Position numbers and translations under genes: made by a program. Below, one piece after another: positions 37,983-48,081 of a stretch of 64,000 bases of DNA. Origin of the DNA: Plasmodiophora brassicae (lineage: Eukaryota); the NCBI GenBank assembly GCA_036867785.1, contig CP145421.1:744001-808000 (forward strand), read 5' to 3'. The notes beneath the pieces are model-generated. The model was not told the origin of the DNA, did not search any database, and saw nothing but the letters and a program-made list of their open reading frames with translations. The stretch's first letter is position 1. Each line of letters begins with the position of its first letter.

Positions 37983-40060
37983 TCACGCGGCAAACGGGCA
38001 CTTTCCGAGGGAAAACCTGGGCGCCCACATGGTGAGTGACAATTCGCGAATACCTCGAGATGACTGAAACATACGCAGGGCACTGCTGGAGCATTTCCTT
38101 GATAGGCGTCGTGTCTTTAAGCAATGGCGACGCGTCCGAATCCTATGAGGCCACGCGATCAAACGGACAGCAATCTTCATTGCGCAGGCAGTGCGAACCT
38201 TATGGTGGAAATGCGCAAACAGTTTGGCGAAGTCGTCGTGCGAATATTTGGGAGTGCTGGGCTCTTTGCGCTTCTTACCCGACATGGGGCATCGGAACGA
38301 CGACGAAGACGCAGTTGATGAACACTGCAGAAGACGCCTGTAAATGGGAATTTGACAAAACGCGGCACGATAAACTCTTACACGCGACAAAATTGAGGCA
38401 GGGTCGGCTGCTGGGACGCGTGACGTAAGACGCGTCGCCTTGAGCATCTTGGACACGAAGTCATTGTCCCCTTGCAGCATCTCGTAATGCGTTGACGGAA
38501 TGGAAGCGAATTTCTCGAACAGCTGAGCTGACGTTTTGAGTTGCTACATCCACAGCAATTAGCAGACATCTTGAAGCAACGTGGTAGCAGAGCAACCTTA
38601 AACGGACACCCGTGGGCTTCAACGAAGGCCGGACACGATTTCAGAGCACGACCCATTGCCTCCTGCGGTGCCTGGAACGGGCGACCAAGTGCAGCGAACG
38701 GGCAGCCACTAAACATGTAGGAGAACATGACCAACACGTTGAAACGTGGAGACCACAGGCACAATACCCGGTAAAGGCAGAGCAGTCTTTGACGCTTTTC
38801 GTGAACAGGTACGCGATGTTGGGATGAGCGTCTGTTGGAGGTGACGCTGCGTTGAAAACGCATGACTTTCCTTTGAACGCTGGGCAATCTGCAACCTGGG
38901 CGGCGCTAGTGATTTCAGGATGGGCATTACTGTCTTTGGAAAATGGGCACGTTCCCGCCGACCACGCAGGGCACTTCTCCTTGATCACGTCCAACGCGCC
39001 ATCAATCATCCCCATCATGCGATGGTCCTTATCAGAACTGGCCTCACGGAATGGGCAGCCGGCCTGTTGCTTGAAGGCAATGCAGTCATGGGCGACATTG
39101 TCCAGCGCGTGAACTGGCGGGTGCAGTGCCTCATGCCAGCCAGCCAGGACGGGGCAGGACTCATGCTCTTGACGCTCAGGTTTGAAAGGACACCCAGCAG
39201 CGAACGCCTTGCAGTTGCCAACGTTTGCCAGTTGCGCCAGCTTTGGATATTTCGATTTCTTCGCATCGAAAGGGCAAGACTCAGAAAACCTGTACGGTAC
39301 GATAAATCGTTGGATCACAAACAGATGGGAGTCGTGCTTACGCTGGACATTTCCTCAAGTCCATCTCAGAGAAAGACTTGTACTTGTCCAGAGGACAGCG
39401 CTCATCCTTAAAAGCCGGGCAGACTTCGCGAAGATAAGCGATAAGGGCTTCAGAGAACTTGATGCCCTTATGAATTGTCTGCTGCGAATTGGGCTTGAAC
39501 GGACAGTCCGCAGCAAACGCTGGGCACTTCTTGATCTGAGCTGCAAATTCATCTACCGAGGGATGGACGGCAGACTTCTTGAACGGGCACGAATCATGTC
39601 CGCTGAAGACGGGGCACGTTTTGATATCGCCGACGAACCTGGTTCGAATCGAAGTCAAAGAGCTGGGATGACTGTGTAAACATTTGCCGTACTTAGATAT
39701 ATCCGGATGAGACGCTCCAGCGAACGGGCACGACTTGGTTTCTTTGAAGTTGGGGCAAAGATGCACCAGTGCCATTGACGTAATTTTCGGGTGCATGTCG
39801 TTGTTGTTCGAGAAGGGACAGCATCCTTGGTTCCAGGCTGGACACTTCTGACGAACGACTTCCAGATCCTCCTTGGAAAGAAGCGCTGCATGGCCGCCAT
39901 TTTCGCTCGAGAACGGGCATCCCTTGCCGTACGCCGGGCAACGCTGGACGCTCGGAACACCGTTCAAATTCGGGTGCCCCTTCGCTGGCGCGGCAGGCGC
40001 CGCGTCGGACGACTTGGCGCGCTTGTGTGCTGGGCTGGACGCATAAGGACACGTGGACAT
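37983..40060 (-). CDS. Orphan Cys-Pro repeat protein with 14 C-P-A-F-x(2-5)-C-P-F-type units, multi-exon
   Basis: Manual splicing across about 7 short GT-AG introns gives a continuous protein from MSTCPY to CPAFSLGKCPFAA*; repeats are restored across splice junctions. Confidence 0.85.
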
Positions 40061-40642
40061 ACCGGACGGTCTCTCCTCGACCGCCTTCCTCTGGAATTGG
40101 ACACAAAAATGTAGTGACTCGCCTCACGCTCGAGGGACGAGGCCGAGGGGACAAATTCAAGACCGCCACCAAAGGCTGCAGCAACGATTTTTTTGCCCGC
40201 AGTCCCATTCCGGCCATTCGTGTTGGCAGCAAGCAACCAGCACCAGCGGACATGGCATTTCGCCTATTCTGCCTATACCACATAAAAAGTATCTAAATAC
40301 GTACCATCACGTCACGAGAGCCGACGAATGACACTTAGAATCTTGCATCGAAGCGCTATGCGCAATCGGTGTGTGGCGACCTTTAGCCTGAACGTTCCCA
40401 GAATGTCTTCGACGTTCTCATGGACATACGCAATCAAACGACAACTGAACCATTATTGTGAGTGTCGTCTGAGAATGTTACGAAGCAGCGGGCCCGGTCC
40501 TGTTCTCCAAAACGATGTGTGATTGGACGGAACAGTTGCCACGGGGTCCCATCTCATTTTTGGGGTGTTGCCAGTTGACAAATATCGTTGAGCCTCGCGG
40601 GGATCAATCCACCTTGGGCATCGGGACGATCACGTGCGGAGG

Positions 40643-43600
40643 ATGGCGCTTGTATCGTCGACGGGCGTGCTCGCGCTCCTTGACGAGCCACAAACTGCGC
40701 TGCAGGTGCAGGCGCTGAGATCGCTGAACCAAATCGTCGATGTGTTCTGGGCCGAGATCGCATCATCGATCGCGAAATTGTGGGACGTGTATGCCATTCG
40801 TACGTGGAACTCGACTGACAACATCATACTACAGGGAATCGCTCTGCGAGAGTACTGTGTTCCCAGAAAAGGCGCTTGCAGCTGCTGTAATCTCGAAAGT
40901 GTTCTACCATCTCGAGGAATTAGATGACTCGCTGAAATATGCTCTTTCTGCTGGCGATCACTTCGACGTGCACTCTCATGCCGAGTACACAGAGACTCTT
41001 ATCGGTACGGACGGTACATGTAATCCTGCGACATGGTATTAACCCAAATGTTTGACAGCAAAGTGCATTGATGAGTACACCCGGCTTCGCTTGGTTGCCC
41101 TTGAAAGTGGGACCGAAGTGTGTCGTATTTGTATCCGTGTATTTGCACTACCTTATGTTTGTTCTTAGGCCAAAATCGACGCCCGCTTGGAAGCAATCAT
41201 CCAACGTGTGTTCCAACGCTGCTTTGAGGATTCTCAGTTGCATCAAGCTGTTGGTATCGCTCTGGAATGCCGTCGTCTTGACATGGTCGAGGCCGCTGTG
41301 GGACACGCGTCCGGCGACGCTGCCAAGTCTCGAATGATCAAGCACTGTCTCCACCTCGCGTTGACGGTTGTGAAATCCCGCCGTTTCCGGCAGGAAGTCC
41401 TGAGGCTCATCTGCGCTCTGTGCTCCAAACTCGAAACGCCCGATTCGTTGTCGCTTTGCCACTGCCTGATTTACCTCGACGATAGCAATGGGTTCGCGCA
41501 ACAACTTGGAGCACTTGCGAAGGCCGGTAATGTCCTGATGGCATACCAGATTGCATATGATCTTGCCGACTGTGACAATTATCCGTTCCAACTGCGCGTC
41601 ATTAACGCGCTACCCGACGCGGGCATTGACGAGCAAGTTCTCAAGAACCTCAAGTATATCTTGTCCGGCGAATCAGCGATCAAGCTGTACACACAATTCC
41701 TGCATTCGCAGGCGAAAACCGATCTCGGCATCATGTCCGCCATTAAGGAGCGCGTCGAGGGCCGCAACAGCGTAACGCACATGTCTGCCATCGTGTCCCA
41801 TGCTTTCATGCAATGCGGGACAACGCATGACCAGTTCATTCGGGACAATCTCGACTGGCTGACGCGAGCGAACAACTGGTCGAAGATGTCGGTGACTGCT
41901 GCTTTCGGCGTCATCCACAAGGGGTACCTGCAGAATTCCATGCGCATCCTTCGCCCGTACCTGCCAGGCGAGGGTTCTTCGAACTCTCCGTACCTTGTTT
42001 CTGGTGCATTGTACGGTCTCGGCCTGATTCATGCCAACCGCGGTGGCGATCAGTTGGCCTATCTCGAAGAATCCCTCCGGAATGCTGGTGAAGATGAAGT
42101 TGTCCAGCACGGGGCCTGTCTGGCGATCGGCCTGAATGCGATGCAGACGAGTGACGACAATCTGTACGACACGTTGAAAGGTGTTCTATTCCACGACAAT
42201 GCTGTCGCAGGGGAGGCCGCCGGTCTTGCAATGGGCCTTGTTCAGCTCGGTGCCAACAAGGAGGTGCACATCCACGAAATGATGGCGTACGCCAACGACA
42301 CCCAGCATGAGAAGATTGTTCGCGGTCTTGGCATAGGATTGGCGCTGATGGTTGCCGGCCAAGAGGAACATGCAGATGGTCTGATCACACGAATGCTGGG
42401 CGACAAGGATCCGAACATCCGCTACGGCGGTTGCTTTGCCATTGCACTTGCGTTTGCGTGCACGGCCGCCAACTCTGCTATCAATCGGCTGTTGCACATC
42501 GCTGTTTCCGATGTCTCTACGGATGTTCGTCGTGCTGCTGTTATTGGTCTGGGTTTCGTTCTTGGCAACGTTCCCGAGCGCGTCCCGAAGATTGTCTCGC
42601 TTCTGTGCGAGTCGTACAATCCGCATGTTCGGTACGGCGCCGCCCTTGCAATTGGTATCGCCTGTGCGGCAACGGCGAATCGCCAGGCCATCGAGCTGCT
42701 TACTGTCCTGTCTAAGGATCGCGTCGACTTCGTCCGTCAGGGTGGCATGCTGGGCCTGTCAATGGTCCTCATCCAAGTGAACTCCGCGCAAGAAGCAGCC
42801 GTGGAACAGCACCGGACGACGTTGACGACTGCCATTGAGGGGAAGCACACCGACACGCAGACAAAGATGGGCGCCATCTTGGCCCAGGGCATTCTGGACG
42901 CTGGTGGGCGCAACATGACCATCGCGCTTCGATCCTCCAGTGGCCACAAACGTCTGTGCGCGTGTGCTGGGCTGGCCGTGTTCACCCAGTATTGGTATTG
43001 GTACCCTCTCGTGCATTTCCTGTCGCTGGCGCTTGCCCCGACGCCACTGATTGGCCTGAACCGGAACCTGGCCATCCCTAAAAACGCGTCGTTCGTCTGT
43101 AATGCGCGCGCGTCGCTCTTCGACTACCCGGCCGTTCAGCAGCCCAAGAAGGAAGAGGAGGTGAAGAAGGTTCCAACTGCTCAACTGTCGATCTCGGCCA
43201 AGGCGAAGCAGAAGGCGATGAAGAAGAAACGGGGGTCCGGCGACGCCGATGCCATGGCAGTGGAGCCTGCGGAATCGCCGTCCGACAAAGAGGCGGTGAA
43301 GGGAGAATCTGCTGATGCCGCTGGCGAATCGACGACACAGCCTCCTGCAGTTACTGCACCTGAGCCTGATCATTTCACGTGCCCGAATCAGTGTCGGGTG
43401 ACTCCATCGCAGCGCCACTTGATGTCGGTCGAGCCCGGATCTAGGTATGCCCCGGTCAAGAAGGACGTCTTCGGCATAATTGTCCTATCCGACACGCGGC
43501 CCGACGAGCCGGAAGAACTGTTCAACGAAGAGCAGCCACATGGTACGTATATTCAGTAATCGGGTCATGAAAGTTGCTGAGCGCTTCTGTGTCCCTTCAG

Positions 43601-43662
43601 TTATTGGAGTCGGGGAGGAAGAGGAGCCGTCTCCACCAGCGCCATTCCAGCTGACCCGTTAA
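40643..43662 (+). CDS. RPN2: 26S proteasome regulatory subunit RPN2/PSMD1
   Basis: GVLALLDE, VDVFWAEI, SKVFYHL, FIRDNLDWLTRANNWSK, PC repeats, ESYNPHVRYGAA, QGILDAGGRN, QYWYWYPL, EPSPPAPF. Confidence 0.97.
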
Positions 43663-44684
43663 ACCAATCGACGTGAATCGGAACAACGCAGAACTCCCAA
43701 CGCTATCCAACGCTGGAGCAATACATTCGCGGGTCATGCTGCTTCACATTTGTCGGTTTGTTTCGGTCTTGGGTGGAATGCCCAGAGCGTAGCTGATAAT
43801 TCTGCCACTGAGCCTGCTCCTGTTCTGAGCTCTTCGCCGTCAGCGTTTACCAGACCATGCTGCGATGTCCACATGCAGAACTTGTGGGAACGCGCTTCTA
43901 TCTGCAATCACCGCTTGAGTGTTTCCTGTCCATTCTGGCACTGCCTGGTGTCAGATCGGAGGCACTGCTTGCGGGCTGACCGAGTTCCCATTGGAAATAG
44001 CAGGTGAAGATAATGGCAGTAATGTATACCTGCGCACATTCCATGCCAGAGATGTGGTGGGTAACAGGACCCGGACATCGGATTCGCCATGCACGTTCCA
44101 GTTCGAGTTCAAGAGCATCTCCACCGCAAGCGGAGCTTCTAGACGACGACGACGAATACGATGAGATGATGGCACAGCTCTTTCCAGACTTGCCACGATA
44201 CGACTCTGCGGCCGCCTTTGCCAAGGGGCGACGACGGATGTCGCGAGCTGCGGGAGGTGTTGCTGTCGGCATGGTCGCCATCCGCCAACCAGCGATATTG
44301 ATTCGGTGTCGGCGACGTGTGCACGTGGACCCGACCAGCCCATACGATACATGCAATTTCCTGTCGCGAATGCCACTCCATGTCGATGAACTGCGAATCA
44401 TCTAAGACTAGGAATATACCAGATATCGGTCGTCGACCTCGCCCGCAACGATCGCCGTCCACATACTTCTCTGTCTGCCGCAGGCGTCACTATCCGCCAG
44501 CCTGGTCAATCTGGGCTTCCTTGCTTGATCGCCTTTCGACGTCACTGTCTGTGGAACAGCATATTTACTTCCAGGTTGGACTCCCTATGAAAACGTCGGA
44601 TATGACGTCCGTCTTCGATGATGTACACTTAACACCGTTCATAGGCGTGCGGGAATGCTTGCTCGGTCGAGGGAGTGTGCCTGC

Positions 44685-44919
44685 TCACTTCGAATGACGG
44701 TATGCTGGAGGCAGCGAATCGTCGGACGCTGAAGACGACGACGATGGGTACGACGGAGGTGACAGTGTCCTGGAGATTGCGAATCGTAGGACGTCGTCAA
44801 CGATGTGGTCAACGTCTTCGCCACGACGGCGGCAGGACGTTACCGCGGCCACGGCTCCAGGCCACGAACACCGTTCGCACGCGATCGACCAGTAGACGAC
44901 GACCTTCGTCGACATGTCG
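44685..44919 (-). pseudogene. Orphan ORF-X copy B (inverted, 5'-truncated, frameshifted)
   Basis: RHVDEGRRLLVDRVRTVFVAWSRGRGNVLPPSW, then a frameshift, then EDVDHIVDDVLRFAISRTLSPPSYPSS. Confidence 0.75.
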
Positions 44920-45225
44920 CATGCGCTGATGAGGGCAAGGGCGACAAACATGGGCCACGGTATCCTGTCGTCTTCGGTCGTCCGCGGCCGACATGCCGAT
45001 GAAGTTCGTCGTCTACTGGTCAACCGCGTGCGATCGGTGTTCGTGGACTGGAGTCGTGGCCGCGACAACGTCCTGCCGCTGTCGTGGCGAGAAGACGTTG
45101 ACCATATCGTTGACGACGTCCTACGCTTCACAATCGTCAGGACGCCGTCACCTCCGTCGTACCCATCTTCGTCGTCTTCAGCATCCGACGATTCGCTGCC
45201 TCCAGCACACCGTCATTCGCAGTGA
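44914..45225 (+). CDS. Orphan ORF-X copy A (open, 5' end formed at the inversion junction)
   Basis: 103-aa ORF, clearly paralogous to 46872-47165; expression unknown. Confidence 0.45.
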   Translation: MSHALMRARATNMGHGILSSSVVRGRHADEVRRLLVNRVRSVFVDWSRGRDNVLPLSWREDVDHIVDDVLRFTIVRTPSPPSYPSSSSSASDDSLPPAHRHSQ

Positions 45226-45612
45226 GCAGGCACACTCTCTCGACCGAGCAAGTATCCCCGCACGCCTATGTGTTAAGACTACATCATCGAGGAACACCGA
45301 ACCGAGATCGCTGGTCGGCGGATGGCGACCATGCCGACGGCAACACATCCCGCCGCTCGCGACATACGACGTCGTCGCCCCTTGGCATGGGCGACCGCAG
45401 AGTCGTATCGCGGCATATATGTAGGTAGAGCCCCCAGGCGGATTGCCAACGGCCATCATCGGTGCTGAACTGGCCGCAATCCCCCAACGGGGCAGCGGAC
45501 CGCGGTCCAATGTCACATTTGTCACCGTCCCCCTCCAGCCCATCCGTTGTTTTTTGTGTTGGGGCGACTGCGGGGCAGGTAGGCGGCGGTGACGACGACC
45601 TCGCTCGACACG

Positions 45613-45865
45613 ATGTCCTCGGAGGATCCCAAGCCGCAGATCGACAAGGACTGCCACCATCACTGCGTCCAGCTCTACAAGGCGTACGAGGCGTGCGCCA
45701 AGCGTATCGAGGGGGACGAGTCCGGCGAGAAGAACTGCAACGGGTACATCTACAAGTACTGGCACTGCACCGATCACTGTGTGCGTCGTCGTGCCCGACG
45801 CCTGCCGCCCGGTTCGCTGACGGTACCCGCAGATGGCGCCAAAGCTCTTCAGCCTGCTGAAGTAG
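45613..45865 (+). CDS. QCR6: Cytochrome b-c1 complex hinge protein (subunit 6), 2 exons, intact
   Basis: MSSEDPKPQIDKDCHHHC...YEACAKRI...NCNG...WHCTDHC | intron 45781-45832 | MAPKLFSLLK*. Confidence 0.93.
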
Positions 45866-45929
45866 GTATTCGGAATCGCGCGGTCCAGGCGTTTGGAACA
45901 ATATACAGGACGACGTACCGATCCGCTCC

Positions 45930-46310
45930 TACCTGGTTGTATTACGGGCGCCGTCGCCTGGCTACCCGACGATCGGTTCTTCTGCGAGTATGGCGTCTAT
46001 CGCGCCTGCTTCTGCCTCCTTCGGCAGGCTGGTCTCTGTGATGGCGGGCGCCGACCGGTACGCGCCCGCCTTGATCACCGCCCGCAGCTCGTCGTAGGCC
46101 GTGCGCCCTGCAATCATCGCCCTTGATGTAGGCCTGGAGTTCGGCCCGATTCGGCGTCCGGAACAGGCAGTCGGTCACCGCCTTGGCCGTGCGTTCCTCG
46201 TGGGTCGTGCAGCAGCAGCAGCAGAGCCAGAGTACACCCGGCCGCTAGACCCGTGCACTGTGCCGCCTGCGTTTCCGACGCCTGGCGGTACACGTCGACG
46301 GTGCCGTACC
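45930..46310 (-). pseudogene. Decayed partial copy of the 3' end of the cNMP-RGS gene
   Basis: Matches about 48080-48251, then jumps to about 48651-48859 (RGS core deleted), with indels. Confidence 0.88.
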
Positions 46311-46394
46311 CGACTGGGTGGGTGGTCTTCGGACGTCCGATTGGCGATTCGCCATGCACGTTCCATCCAGGGTTTGCTGGCTGAATCTTCGGTT

Positions 46395-46685
46395 CTCGGA
46401 CCCGAGACTGAGGGCGCCTGCGTGAAAAGCGCGAAGAACAGAATAAACTAAACTCACTACCGTAACTAAGACGTAGACTGGAGACGACGGTATTACATTC
46501 TCCGTCACGGAAGGTGAGGCGCTGTCGGCAGCATCGAAGAACATTGAACGGTCCCTCCATCGGAAGTAACACTATCGCCCCCATTATAAGGTTTTTGCAA
46601 GCGGCGCCGTTCCAATGCGTCTGCTGGAGCCTATAGGAGTACGCCCCATGGAATCAATCGATGAACCGCACATGTCAGTGTAAGT
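46395..46685 (+). pseudogene. Possible PH-domain gene fragment
   Basis: ETEGACVKSAKNRIN + WRRRYYILRHG + EPIGVRPM resemble PH beta1/beta2/beta4 but are broken by stops and a frameshift. Confidence 0.35.
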
Positions 46686-46736
46686 GCGCCGGTCGCAGTT
46701 CGGTCCTGGGGGGCCGATAGCATCTTGCCCCCCGGA

Positions 46737-46761
46737 GGGGGGGGGGGGGGGGGGGGGGGGG
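46737..46761 (+). repeat. G25 homopolymer
   Basis: Counted directly in the sequence. Confidence 0.9.
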
Positions 46762-46871
46762 TACGAGGACTGGCGCGCACCCGGGCGTTACGCGTTACAT
46801 GTCCTGCGTCGTGGCACACGCGTTACACGATGCAGTTCCATTTGTCAAGTCGGTTCCCGACGGTTCGGGTG

Positions 46872-47165
46872 ATGGCGCACCGGTACGAGGAGGTGCAGGG
46901 CTTGTCGTACGCGTTGATGACGGCCAGGGCGACGAACATCGCCCATGCCATCCTGTCGTCGCCGGTCGTACGCGGCCGACATCCCGATGAAGTTCGCCGC
47001 CTGCTCGGCAGTCGCGTATTATCGGTATTCGAGACGTGGAGTCGTGGCCGCGACAACATCCTGCCGCCGTCGTGGCGGGAAGACGTTGACGATATCGTTG
47101 ACGACGTCCTACGGTACGCAATATCGAGGACGCCGTCACCACCGTCTTACCCATCCTCGTCGTAA
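46872..47165 (+). CDS. Orphan ORF-X copy C (97 aa; its stop codon is supplied by the palindrome arm)
   Basis: MAHRYEEVQGLSYALMTARATNIAHAILSS...WSRGRDNILPPSWREDVDDIVDDVLRY...; frame preserved relative to copy A. Confidence 0.5.
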   Translation: MAHRYEEVQGLSYALMTARATNIAHAILSSPVVRGRHPDEVRRLLGSRVLSVFETWSRGRDNILPPSWREDVDDIVDDVLRYAISRTPSPPSYPSSS

Positions 47166-47296
47166 GACGGCCTCAGTGATGTACTGATAAGACCCCCTTT
47201 GGGAAGCGTGGGGGTGAATGCACTGTCCACCGGGAAAGCATTCACCCCCACGCTTCCCAAAGGGGGTCTTATCAGTACATCACTGAGGCCGTCTTA
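47163..47296. repeat. Perfect 59-bp inverted repeat with a 16-nt spacer
   Basis: 47163-47221 is the exact reverse complement of 47238-47296. Confidence 0.97.
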
Positions 47297-47769
47297 TCGG
47301 ACATTTTCCATAGAGGAGGTTGTTCCATAGACAGTAAACCAAATGGCGATCATGCACGCCCAGGTCGATCAGACTGACAGAGAGTGTTGTCGACGGCAAG
47401 CAGCTGTGTGCGAATCCAGGCGACATGCATTACTAGCGACATCGCGACAGAAACGTGCATATATCACCTGGATCGGCCGAGTCCAAGTGCACACGTCGCC
47501 CCACTACTGGCGTGCGTCGCCCTTCCATCGTGGCATACATGTAGGGATTATGCCACGTGGAGCTCCAGTCGAACGGCGACGATGCACGTCCAGTACCGGA
47601 CGCTGATGATTACGGCGTGCCGACCGTCATCATCAGTACTGAACAGGCCCCACGTCCCAACAGGGCAGACCGCGGTCCATGTCGGCCCCGTCGATCCATT
47701 CTTGTTGCTTCTATGCTGGGGTGACTGCGGGGCAGGTAGGCGACGGCGGCGGCGACCTCGATCGACACG

Positions 47770-48017
47770 ATGTCCTGGGGTGGATCCCAAGCCGCAGATC
47801 GACAAGGACAGCCACCATCACTGCGCCCAGCTCTTCGAGGCGTGCGCCAAGCGTATCGAGGGGGACGAGTCGTCCGGCGAGAAGTACTGCAACGGGTACA
47901 TTCTCAAGTACGAGCACTTCACCGATCTCTGTGTGCGTCACCGCGCTCGACACCATCCGCCTGGCTCGGTAACGGCAACCGCAGATGGCGCCCAAGCTCG
48001 TCAACCTGCTGAAGTAG
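47770..48017 (+). pseudogene. QCR6: QCR6 pseudogene
   Basis: Relative to 45613-45865: +1 frameshift right after the ATG, a 9-nt deletion, Cys losses and WHCTDHC changed to EHFTDLC. Confidence 0.88.
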
Positions 48018-48081
48018 GTAATCGGAATCGCGCGGCCCAGGGTGTTTGCAGGAATGTACAGGACGTCGTATCGACCCGCTC

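Larger units (their letters stand above)
44190..45415. repeat. Nested imperfect inverted repeat (about 1.2 kb span)
   Basis: About 44614-44919 pairs with 44989-45290, and 44191-44310 pairs with 45293-45415; about 69-nt central loop. Confidence 0.9.

Noticed and set aside
39640-39655. GGTTCGAATC T-loop-like motif (possible tRNA)
   Set aside because: It lies at an intron 3' end of the Cys-Pro repeat gene; I could not build a cloverleaf around it.
46310-46761. Helitron or LTR end to explain the gene-fragment mosaic
   Set aside because: No CTRR after the hairpin, no TG...CA LTR pair, and no transposase, RT or Rep-helicase ORF in the window.
46725-46871. Poly-Gly N-terminus of the 146-aa ORF
   Set aside because: Just the translation of the G25 tract from a non-ATG start.
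47163-47296. MITE with TA target-site duplication (TA at both ends)
   Set aside because: The right arm and spacer are homologous to native flanking sequence in the paralogous copies, and the left arm replaces sequence rather than inserting into it. Template switching fits better; not fully excluded without a genome-wide search.
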